DNA of 63,997 bases, the filler included, from Stramenopiles sp. TOSAG23-6 (Eukaryota): the NCBI GenBank assembly GCA_900128565.1. It is 10 parts of 10 records of this genome, joined end to end, with 100 filler letters (N's around TTAATTAATTAA, not from the genome) between each part and the next. Parts side by side here need not be neighbours in the genome. Positions count along the whole stretch, not along the records: positions 19,302 to 25,628 come from LT636720.1; positions 25,729 to 32,048 come from LT636721.1; positions 32,149 to 38,465 come from LT636722.1; 7 more parts are not named here. One strand, given 5' to 3'. Under the pieces are notes generated by a model. It did no database searches. It was not told the DNA's origin and worked only from the letters and a program-made list of their open reading frames with translations. Positions within the stretch are counted from its first letter, which is position 1; each line of letters opens with the position of its first letter. Below are positions 23,844 through 34,886 of this stretch, one piece after another. A program made the translations under genes and the position numbers.

Positions 23844-24242
23844 ATGCATGTTTTTGTTCCAAGACTTTCAGCGCCGGATCCAGCTCCACTTTGGCAAATG
23901 ACCTCTTCGCTTGAACCCTTGTTGAACAGAAGAACACCATTTAAACCTCGTCACCAGACAGCAAAAAAAGAAGGTATTCGCCGAAAGTTGTTTCGCAGCA
24001 CATCATCACAACTTCCTACAAATCTGAATACAATAAAGATTCGACCAAAATTTTATGATTCAGCATCAACGACACCAGCCGACTGTAGCTATATATCAAG
24101 GAAATCTTTGAATTGTCTTCAGCAAAATGCTTCACCCTTGTTAGTACCACAACGAAAACGACAACGAGAAGATACAAACTCACCAAAACCAATCTGCAAA
24201 AGATTTTATTTATTTGGAGGGAAGTTTACTTCTCATAATTAA
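23844..24242 (+). CDS. Hypothetical protein
   Basis: 132 aa ATG-initiated ORF with no recognisable domain. Confidence 0.35.
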   Translation: MHVFVPRLSAPDPAPLWQMTSSLEPLLNRRTPFKPRHQTAKKEGIRRKLFRSTSSQLPTNLNTIKIRPKFYDSASTTPADCSYISRKSLNCLQQNASPLLVPQRKRQREDTNSPKPICKRFYLFGGKFTSHN

Positions 24243-24628
24243 ACATGAAAAAGAGACATCGATAAAGCGTCTTTCCGTAGTTTCACTAGCTTTTGTAATC
24301 TAAATGTTCCGTGTCTGAATTGGAATATATTCATCTTATTTTGATTTGATCAGTAAAAAAAAAGACCCGACTAACATCTACATTAGAATATATTCATCTT
24401 ATCTGGATGTAAAGCTACTGCTATCTTCTTCATTTAATGATGCAGTAGTAAGTTTAATATCATGCCATTCTCTTTCAAATGCGCCCCACATTAGCTGATT
24501 CTCTCGTTTTTTTCCTGAATTTTTTTTGACAAACATGTTGTAAACATTCATCTGCTATATTACTTAAATTTATACGTAATGCTGCAACATCACGGCCTTG
24601 TAATTCTTCAGGTAATTCTAATCCAACT

Positions 24629-25628
24629 TTAGATTTTTTCTCCTTCAAGACATTTCTTAGCTACTATTGATCCATTCGGACAAAAGTAAGCAATGTTATC
24701 TAAATCGAGTGATGTTTTCGAATCAATGGGATCATCTGGATCTTCATCTTTATCACAACGGTATTTGAATTTACCTTTTCTATGACAATAAAATCCCTTT
24801 GGACAGCCATCAGGTGTAACGTTCCCTCCAGGACAAAAGGAAGCGTAATCTTCAGACTTTAAATTTTTTATTTGTTTCTGTATTTCCGCATCATCACTGA
24901 TATCAGAGTCCCATTCACAACTTCTCATAATAGCAGGGTCTTCGCAATAGCTACCTCTTGGACATTCAATAGGAGTCTGTGTTCCTTCAGGACAATATGA
25001 TCCATCATTTTCGCACTTGATCTCTACTGTTGTGTCAGGACAATAGTACCCTGAAATACATTTCCGTTTTCTTGTTGAACCTTCAGGGCAGTAAACTGCT
25101 TCACCATTCGAGTTAGTACCACACGAGTATTTTTCACCATTTTCACANTAATGCCCCACTGGACAAAGAACTGCATCTTTCGATCCTAGTGGGCAATATT
25201 CATCTTCCTTGCACACATACATTCTACCATCTTTACAACGGTAACCGACAGCACAATCATACGAATTGATACCATCACAAGTTTTAGCATCAGGACATAT
25301 TATTGGTTTATATGAACTTTCTGGACAATACCACTCATGAGAACCAGATATTAGTTCTTCATCTTGGGTGAGAATATCCCATATACACGATTTTTTCAAA
25401 GATATTTTTGGACAATAGTAACCTTTTGGACAAATAGCTTGACCTAGAGAGGTAAAAGCATTACCTTGAGGACAAAAGTGTGCTTTATCATCAACATAAC
25501 AGGATCTTATTATGGTAGAGTTTGGACAAATAAACCCACTCGGACATTGTTCTAGTGTTGTGCTTCCTTTACGACAATAGTAGGCAACACCTTGATCAAC
25601 ATTTTCACAAGATAATTTTAAAGAGGGA
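24629..25628 (-). CDS. Cys-rich repeat surface protein (C-x-x-G-x-Y-C-P repeats), 5' part missing
   Basis: Repeated YCPxGS/GYYCP motifs; the frame stays open upstream to the contig end. Confidence 0.75.
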
Positions 25629-25728
25629 NNNNNNNNNNNNNNNNNNNNNNNNNNNNNNNNNNNNNNNNNNNNTTAATTAATTAANNNNNNNNNNNNNNNN
25701 NNNNNNNNNNNNNNNNNNNNNNNNNNNN

Positions 25729-28700
25729 CAGGTGACTGGTTAAATTTCCCTCTATTTCAAACAGAATATGATGCACTAACAAAATCTCTAAATAATTTCG
25801 TTGCTATAATTGGTAAGCAAGGATCAACTGCAGATAGCTTGGATATACAGCTTGCCTGGGAATATCTCGGTACTCCTGTTGAAGCTAGTAGAGAAGACAT
25901 TTTACTAGACATTAGTTTTAGAGGAGAAGATATTTGTGCAGGAAACAAATGTACAATTGCTCAGAAAACATCACTTCATCCAGGCAAAACGTTAATCAAA
26001 TCACACGTGTGTGGTCCTCAAGGGTGCTACCCAAAAGATGTGTACGAAAAAGAAATTTTTATTGTTGATAGAGAATTGAAAAACAAATTCGGACCTAGTA
26101 AAGAATTTGGAGTTCGAATAGACTTTAAACCACGTGGGTATTCAGTGAGAGCAGATAATCGTCTTTTGTTTGGATACGACTACCGCACAGAAGATTATGT
26201 TGCCATTAGTGACTATTTTGTGGACCGGGAAACACGTGGGTTCCCTTCTTTACCNTATATACCTTCACCAGTTTCGGTTGTCCGAGTATCCACGCAACTA
26301 TTAGCGGGTGGTGCACCAAAATTAGATGCTTCNGGATTGGAGGATGTATGGATGTGTCATGGCTGGGAATCTACAGGGCCTCCAGCTATCGANTGTAGTA
26401 GCGTAAATAGTGAAGTAGCAGATCCAAATGCAATACCTTCACCTTCAAAACCTGGAGAGTGTGAGTGTAAAAAAGGTTGGCATGATGATGATGGAACAAT
26501 GTTTACGCTGTGTAAAGAAGGAGATTCTGCAATAGTATATACACCAGTTATGAATGAAAATACTTGTTTAAATACTGGAAATATTTGGTCAACTCTGTCT
26601 TCTCCAATTTGTAAAGAAACGAAAAATGGAAAAGTGCAATCTAATATATCAACTGAAAAAGATTGTACAGATGCTGGACATGTTTGGTATAAAGTCGGCG
26701 ATAAAGAATGTAAAGAAGTTAAAGGCAAAAGTTTCGGTGTCATGGTTGAAAACCCAAATACTCAAAATCTCTGTGAAAAACGGGTAAATAATAAATGGAC
26801 TCTTCGAATATTAGGTACATGTACTGATAAAAATGGAAATATATTAAGCCAACACAAACTTGAAAGTCAATGTAAAGTACTATCTTCTAATGTTTGGACT
26901 CCATTGCCTTCAGGGGTATGTAAAGATGTAGCTGGTAATGATTTAGGTACAAAAGATACAAATGGAAATCTATGGGTGGAATCAACATGTGCTGTAACTA
27001 GTGTNCAATTAAAGAAACGCAATATTTGGACAGCTCATCCTGTCGGATACTGCACAATGTATGATGACTACCCGGTTGGTAAAGAATGGAACTTTACAAC
27101 AGGTATGAAGTATANAATTGATCCTCAACTAAAAAGCTCAGGTCTATCCAATTGTAAAGTGCCAAAAATTGTTTGGATAGGTGATAAAAATTGTGATGTN
27201 GGGTCATACAACACCAAAGACTGTACATTTGACGGCGGAGATTGTTGTGAACAGACAAATCCGATTTGTGCAACTTCGCCGACAAATCCATGTGCTTGTC
27301 GTGATCCATTTTATAGTGATGAAGGTGCTGAAAAAGAGAAATTACTTCTTATGAAAGAAATGGAAAAAGGAAATAGCACACGATGGTATCCAAAATCACT
27401 TACTAGCTGGGCATTAAATATTGGATCATTAACTTATGATAACTCAACTGCCATTACTTTAGACCAACATTCTCCACTAGCATGGGTGGGTATCAATACT
27501 ATCCAAACTCCAAANAAAAATTCATTATTGGAATGTGCATATGGCTATCATTGTGGTGGAGCCGATGTAGTAATTTTAGAAGTTGATACTGACACAGGTT
27601 TTACATCTGTTGATGGCACTGTNCCATCTATTCGTTTCGGTGGACCAGGAGACGAATATCTTACTGACATCTTCAAATCAACTAATAGAATATTTGCTGT
27701 TGGTTACACTACAGCCCAGTTGAATGATTATTGGGGGTGTGGATCTAGAACAAATCCTAATGACTACAATTGTAAAGGAGAAGACAATTGGATGGTATCT
27801 TTGCTGGTAAACGACCTAGGGAAAATGCTTATAGATTTCACTTTTCAATGGGGCACAACAAAAGATGAAAGAGCTGTTGCGGTATCCTCATCATTGAGTA
27901 ATAAAGATATGGATAANATCTATGTTGTTTCATCTACAAATAAGCAAGTTGTTGAATGTTCATTTGGAAGTGAGTGTGGAGGAACAGATATCTTGCTCAC
28001 CAGNCATTATAAAGTTAATGGCACAATATTTTGGAGTGCTCAGATTGGCGGGACTGGCACCGACGAGCCCATAGATATGGCACAAGATAATATCGGTACA
28101 GTATATGTGGTTGGAACATCAATTGCAAGTGTAGAATCTGCGTCATCTGAAACTTCATCCTGTCATAAAGGATACGTTTGTGGNAAACAAGATATAATAT
28201 TAGCCAAAAAGGATCCATTGACACATGAGTTTAGTATTATACATCGGTGGGGTGGTTCGGGTAATGATTTTCCTCATGGACTAGTATTAGATTATAGCCA
28301 CGGACATGCATTTATAACAGGGTTTACAGATGAACCTGTGGATATTCAAAAACAAAACACCGAAACAGGTATAATGGAGACAGTTCCTGGTGGTACAATT
28401 GGACCTTGTTTTTCTACATCTTCACCTTCATCATCATCATTGAGTGGTTGTGGTGGACTTGATGTATTTGTTACTCGGGTACCAATCGATATTATTGATA
28501 TATACAAATCACCTGTGAATGCAACTCTTGACAATTCAAATTCGACGATTACTCTGACAAAGACGGAACCGAAATCGACATTTCAACTTCAAAAGGAGTT
28601 AGACGAAAAGAAGAAGTTTGAAGATGAACAATGGTGGTCAAAAGTCTTTGGAACATCCAACGCTGAAGTAGGAGTTGATATTGGAATTCGTTTTAACCGG

Positions 28701-31700
28701 CTTTTTGTTATTGGTAATACAGAGTCAAGTAAAACACTCCCTTCTTCAACTTCTGATGTGTTAGAATTAGGAGGAAGTGTAGCAACATTTGCCAATGCAA
28801 CTGGGATGATTGGTGATTGCAGCGTTGGATTTCAAACATGGAGATGTGGTGGGAAACGTGACATTTTTCTCACTGAAATTAATCCAACTAATGGAGATTT
28901 GTTGCATTCAATACGTATTGGTTCACCTGGAGAAGATGGGGCAACAGGAATGAAACTTGACATGGATGGAAATCCAATTATTGTNGGTTATACACCACTT
29001 CAAGTGTGTGGTCTTGATGGAGAATTTGCTCGTTTAAATGCATGTTCTCCATCAGGAGTTGATGCTACTGTTATCAAGTTTACAGAAGTTGACTGTAAAC
29101 CAGGGAAAAGGCCAGCATTTGACTCAAAACATGGAAATCTTGCATCTCCATACGCTGCTGCAGGTGGTTTTAGATCAAATGGTACATATAGTAGTTCAAT
29201 GAGCACTGCAGCTATGATGTGCGTATACTGTGATGAAGGTTACTTTTCTCCATATGGATATTCATGTATACCATGTCCTCGTGGAGCTAGATGTAAAACA
29301 GAGGAAGAAATGTGGGATGGTTCTATCCGACGTTTTGGATCCATCACACCGCGTGCAAATCGAGGTTTCTTTTTGGGATCTTTGGAAGGACCTGCTAGAA
29401 ATTATACAGAAGACGAATGGGGTGTAGTAAAATTTAATGAGTGTGACCGCCTTCCACGTGGTGAAACTGTTTGCTTTGGAGATGAAGCAAGTACTGGTCA
29501 AAGTAGTCCGGGTAATTGCATTGAAGGTCATGCGCCTACATTAGTTTGCGGAACTTGCATGAATGATTATGCTATGATATATGGCCAATGTTGGGATTGT
29601 AGTCCTGTCAAACTTAGTCCACCTACATTTACAGCTATTACATACATTTGTTTGTTGCTATGGTTTATCAATAAAAAATATACAGAACTGCAAAAGAGAA
29701 GAAAACAAATGCGAAGAAATGCAAGAATCCATCCAAAATCACCAAAGAAAAAGTCATCAGTTGACGATAAAGATGAAGACGAACAGAAANGTGCAAAAAA
29801 GGCTGCGAAACGGGCCGCACGACGNGAGGCAAAGAGATCTGAAGAAGCAAATGCAAAGAAAAAATCTGCTCGAGCTATGAAACTGCTTCGAAAGAAATTT
29901 GATTTTCATGATCGCGATGGTGGCGGTTCTTTAGATCCCGGAGATTTCAAGACATTCATGTCTGATTTATGCCCGGAATGCCCCGATAAAGTTCGGAATG
30001 CTTTGTTTGCAATGATTGATGTGAGTCGAGATAATGAAATCGAGTTTTGGGAATTTAAACAATGGTATACTGGCTATAATGATGCGAGTGCGTTTGAATC
30101 TGAGTTGATTCAGATAAAAAGTGCTATCCGGGCATTGGGTAATAAGACTAATCTTGGGGGTGAGCAATTAACGCTGATAGAAGTGAAATTTCCTTTTCCA
30201 GAGGGTAAAGAGTTAGACGATATTAAAAAGGTTGAAGCATGGCAATGTAATGTAAAGTGTCTTATCGGATACGTCCAGATTATTGGAAGTGTTTTGTCTT
30301 TATTTGAAATTCCNTGGCCAGATGTTTTCTATAGATTTTTGATACTTTTCAATATTACTGAGATTTTAAATCCTNTCCTAGAAATACTTCCNTGTGCAAG
30401 TAGTTCATTGACGTCAAGTTATTTACTCAAGTATGAGTTAATGTGTTTNATATCGTTACCTTGGATGGGTGCTTTAGTTTACTGTTTAAAGTTTTGGTTA
30501 CAAAGTGTAAATATGACATTTCTTATGACCAAAATAAAGCGATGGGAGTATTGGGATTATGAACCAGATGAAAACTATCATCCAATTCGGAGAAAGTTGC
30601 CTAAATTACTACCAAATATACTCTTTGGTGTATTTATATTTTTGATTCCTATGACGCGAATGTCTTTAACAATTTTCGACTGCCGTGAGATGCATGATGG
30701 AAATTTATGGCTCCGTGCTGATTATACCGTACAATGTTACGTAGGTGAGCATTATTTTGCTGTGGTTCTTGCATGGTTGACTATTTTAGTATATCCTGTA
30801 GGTACATTTGTTGTGCTTGCATATGCTTTGTTAAAACAAAACCATCTGCGCAAAGGTCTCAGAAGGATCCTCATCAACAAACAGGGAGATAACTTAGTTG
30901 CTCGTTTTCGGCAGTATACTTTACTAATGAAGCCTTTGCGTATACTTCACCAAGAATACAATATGAGTGCTCATACAGAAAACAATTGTTGTGGCTGGNC
31001 ATGGAATATGTATTATGAGCTATTTCAGATTTTTAGGCGTCTCTTACTAGCTGTGATATTGAAATGGGTTCTTCGAGAGAATCGATCCGGACCTGTCATT
31101 GGAAGTATTCTCACAGTGATGCTATGCTTATTTCTTCATTATGCAGATACATGGGGGAAGTCGACAGCTAAAAGATTTGATCAAATTAGAAATNGTGTGC
31201 TTGCAGCTTTATACATTATAGGATTATATCTTCAAATTAATCCACATTATACACAAAACAATGACGCTTCTGCACACACGGTCTCAATAATATTAATTAT
31301 ACTAGTCTTGACACCAATTTGTATAGCATTCGATTTGATGTATATTGGACCTTTCTATAAATGGATTGACACCGATCATATCAAACAAGTAGCCAAAATA
31401 AGAAAAACATTTTATGCAGAAAAAACAACACAGACAGAAGAACTTACACAAGTTGAACAGGAGAATCGCGATCTTCGAACGAAGTTACATAATTTAAGAA
31501 TTGATGAACACAAATTAATTAAGGAAAGAAGTAGAGTTGATAGAAAAGTAGACGCTGCAGAATCAAGTAAGACAAATTTGAAGACTTTGCTTAACAAACA
31601 TAAAGTTAATTTATCAAGTCTACGAAAAAAGAGAAGAGATTTAAAGCGAGATATATCTTTATTAAAAGATGAAAAAAACTCTATCATTGAAGCTATGGAA

Positions 31701-32018
31701 AAAAGTGCAAATGAAAAATCNCGAGTGTTAGGAAAAGGGACAACGAAAGGTAGCCATAACCGCAATAAAAATAATAAACGNATCAGACGAAGTAGAGCAT
31801 TGGGAGCGAGTTCAAACCAGAGAGGTAGCCCACAAGGAAGTCCAGGGAGAGAAAAATATACTACCCGTGGAACTATTACAGACAGGGATGCTCGATCTTC
31901 TGTACGAGATAATAGTAAGCCATTAAACCGAGGAGGGTATAACCCTACNGGTCGTTCAAAGTCAAAGTCACCTTCACGTAATCGATCCAANAGTCCACCC
32001 AAACGTAGAAAAAAATAA
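25729..32018 (+). CDS. Giant multi-pass membrane protein: Cys-rich/LNR-like and beta-propeller (SBBP-like) ectodomain, EF-hand pair, several TM helices, coiled-coil tail; 5' end missing
   Basis: WIGDKNCD..YNTKDCTFDGGDCC; WSAQIGGTGTDE-type repeats; DRDGGGSLD and DVSRDNEIEFWEF; WLRADYTVQCY. Confidence 0.75.
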
Positions 32019-32469
32019 AAGAATGTAAATGATGTAGTAAATGTTTTTNNNNNNNNNNNNNNNNNNNNNNNNNNNNNNNNNNNNNNNNNNNNTTAATTAA
32101 TTAANNNNNNNNNNNNNNNNNNNNNNNNNNNNNNNNNNNNNNNNNNNNCTCCGATTCATAAATAGTTACTTGTTTTCTAGTCCTGACTTGTCTTAACGAC
32201 TTGGAGGGAGCGTAATTGTTGGCGTGAGCCGCAATTAGGTTGGTTTTCCTCAAAACCACAGAATCAAGAAAAACAATCTCTCCATCTTTTTATCTTTTTA
32301 TAATAAAGTATATTAATTTATTGAATAAATCAAAAAACAATGCAAATAAATCAAAAAACAATGCGAATTGGGATGATTTATTTTTATGTTTTATATAGAA
32401 GTTGTCCTTTTCCAGCAATCTATAGTACGAATATTTATAAATCAATTTATGGTAAAAAAAAGTATAATT

Positions 32470-32540
32470 CATGGGAAATTTCCTCAAGTTTGCCCCACAA
32501 TAAATGTTTCAGAGCAGACCTTCAATGGATGTCCTATAAA
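32470..32540 (-). promoter_or_regulatory. Candidate SECIS element in the SelO 3' UTR
   Basis: Minus strand TGAA-GGTCTGCTCT-GAAA-CATTTATTGT-GGGGCAAACT-TGAG: UGAN/NGAN core, 9 of 10 bp helix, apical AAA. Confidence 0.7.
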
Positions 32541-32560
32541 AAAGTACAAGTAAACACTTT

Positions 32561-34714
32561 CTACGAAGATCATGTCATAAATGAAGTACCACCAACACCA
32601 CAGCCACGGTATGTATCAATTGGTGCTTTTGTATAAAATTCTTTATCACATTGTTTTGTTTTTACACTTTTGCTATATGGATTCATGAAAACCTTTTGGA
32701 GATGTACAACCTGAGAATAATCACCTTTCATAGCTTTTTCATATGCGTTTACAAGCATCCATTCGCGTGGAATATACTTTGGAGACACACATCGCATGGA
32801 CGTTGCTACAGTACTCCCGGTAGCTTCAGGATTTGAACGCCGAAGTGTAACCAACCATTGCTTAATCCATTTTTTCCACTCACGACGATTTTCACTAGAA
32901 AGTTCTTTGTAAAAAACACTTTCACATTTTGATCCATCAAGAGTCTCTTTATTCTGTTCGATTTGAATAGAATGTACATTTGTGAGTGGTTCCAAAATGT
33001 CTTTACAATTCACATTAGATAACACTTTGCTTTCTGAAATCTCTACACTATTAGTTGCAGGAAGTTGAATTGAATCAAGAAAATTTTCTGCTATAACAGA
33101 CAGTTGCCACCATAACATAGTATAATCAGCTTCAGAACTTGTCATTAATTTGTTTAAATCATGTATTATTGCAATTGTTTCATCCATAAAAGCAGAAGCA
33201 GGAGAAGCTTGATCAATACCAACTTTTGCTTCAAAAGGATTATCAGTAAGAAATGATTCACCAGTCTGCTCTATACCTAACTTTTGTTTCCACATACAAT
33301 TTAATGCAAACTGAGCTCGCTGCGAATGTTGGGCAGCCAAACGACTGAGCTTTTCACCTCCTTCAGAGTCTAGTAGAGGTCTAAGTGCATTGCAAAAACT
33401 TTCGAAATTTTTCGTTCCTGCAGTAGGTTGATTCAAGAAACCAAAGTGTTCGCCACCACCAGACCACATATTCCATAGAGGTTCAAATCGTTGTATAAAA
33501 CCAAAAGGACCATAATCCATTGTTCTTCCTGCTGCTAGACAATTATCACTATTAAAATTGCCCTGACAGAAACCTACACGAATCCAATTCGCAGTTAGGT
33601 TTGACAATCTAGTAGAAAATACATCGGCTAATCTGATTACTCTATCCTGAAGAGTGTTGTCTGCGAGTGTTTGATTGCTCAAAATATCTCCAACTTCTTC
33701 ATTTATAAAAGGATATTCTCGAGTAATAAGATGTTCAACAATTAAACGTAATTCGTGTAAACTACTTTTGTCCAATTTTCTAGCCCTCCGTGCAAACAGT
33801 TCAATATGTCCGACGCGTATAAAGGAAGGCGCAACACGACAAGTAATGGCAGTATTTTCCATAATAACAATATTTGGATTTTGTAATTCATTCTTCAATT
33901 GTGCAATCAACATTTTCCTGTATTCAGGTGGCACCGATGCCATACGAGGGTCATCTAAAGATGGAAGTGACATTTGTGACTCACCCTTAGAGTACCATTG
34001 GCGACGGACTTTTTCTGAATCTGAAGTGACAAGTGAAAGTGCACGTGTAGTAGAAACACCTAGCTTATGCATTGCTTCGGATACAAGGAATTCCCGGACA
34101 GAAGAACGCAAGACAGCACGACCATCTGCTCCTCGACAAAAAGGAGTTTTACCAGCACCTTTTAGTTGCATTTCCCAACGACGTCCAGAAGTAGGTCTTT
34201 CACTAGGAATATCCTTCGATTCGTTTACAACCTTTAATTCATTACCTTCAAGCAACACTTCACCAATAGATATAGCACGACCATCACCATATCCATTACC
34301 ATTCTGAAACGGACAATTATTCACAACTTCTGTTCCATAAATTGACAGTGCATACGGTGTACACCACGATTTAAAAGGTCTTCCAGTCACAACGTCAATA
34401 TCCCCAGAGAAAAAAGAAGCAAACTTTTCTGATTTGCACTCATCATCTGAAAGACCAAGCTCTGAAGCCATCTCTGGACTAAACGCCACTAACTTTGGAT
34501 TTGGTAGAGCTGTAGGTAAGACTGGAACATAATGGCCAGATCTAACTTGGCGCATAGTTTTGTTAGGTGCGTTTGAAGCATGTTCGGGGTCTACTTTTAG
34601 TGAATCTAACCACGAGTGGTCAGCATATTGACCTAAGTTTTCAAGAGTTCCAATGGAACGTTTCCCTATTTTAGACATTGAAACTAATGTTCGTGCAGAT
34701 AAAATTTTGCGCAT
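32561..34714 (-). CDS. SELENOO: Selenoprotein O (protein adenylyltransferase), C-terminus ...FMT-U-SS
   Basis: GYGDGRAI, WEMQLKGAGKTPF.R.ADGRAVLRSSVREFL.SEAM, GNFNSDN, DYGPFGF, PKYIPREW; ATG ACA TGA TCT TCG TAG at the end. Confidence 0.92.
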
Positions 34715-34886
34715 AGCATGATCATATAACGTTTCAGATTATGTCGAAGCTGTCAGAGAGACGAACACCGTGTCAGAGTCACAACAAAAAAANCTTTCGG
34801 TCAAAAGTANAACAAAAACGCGAAGAAGAAGAAGACTTCAAGAAGTTGTGTTCTTGAACAAGTTGACTCGAAGAAGAATCTGATGG

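Noticed and set aside
32570-32572. Genome-wide stop-codon reassignment
   Set aside because: TAA, TAG and TGA all end recognisable genes here; the SelO TGA is better explained as Sec.
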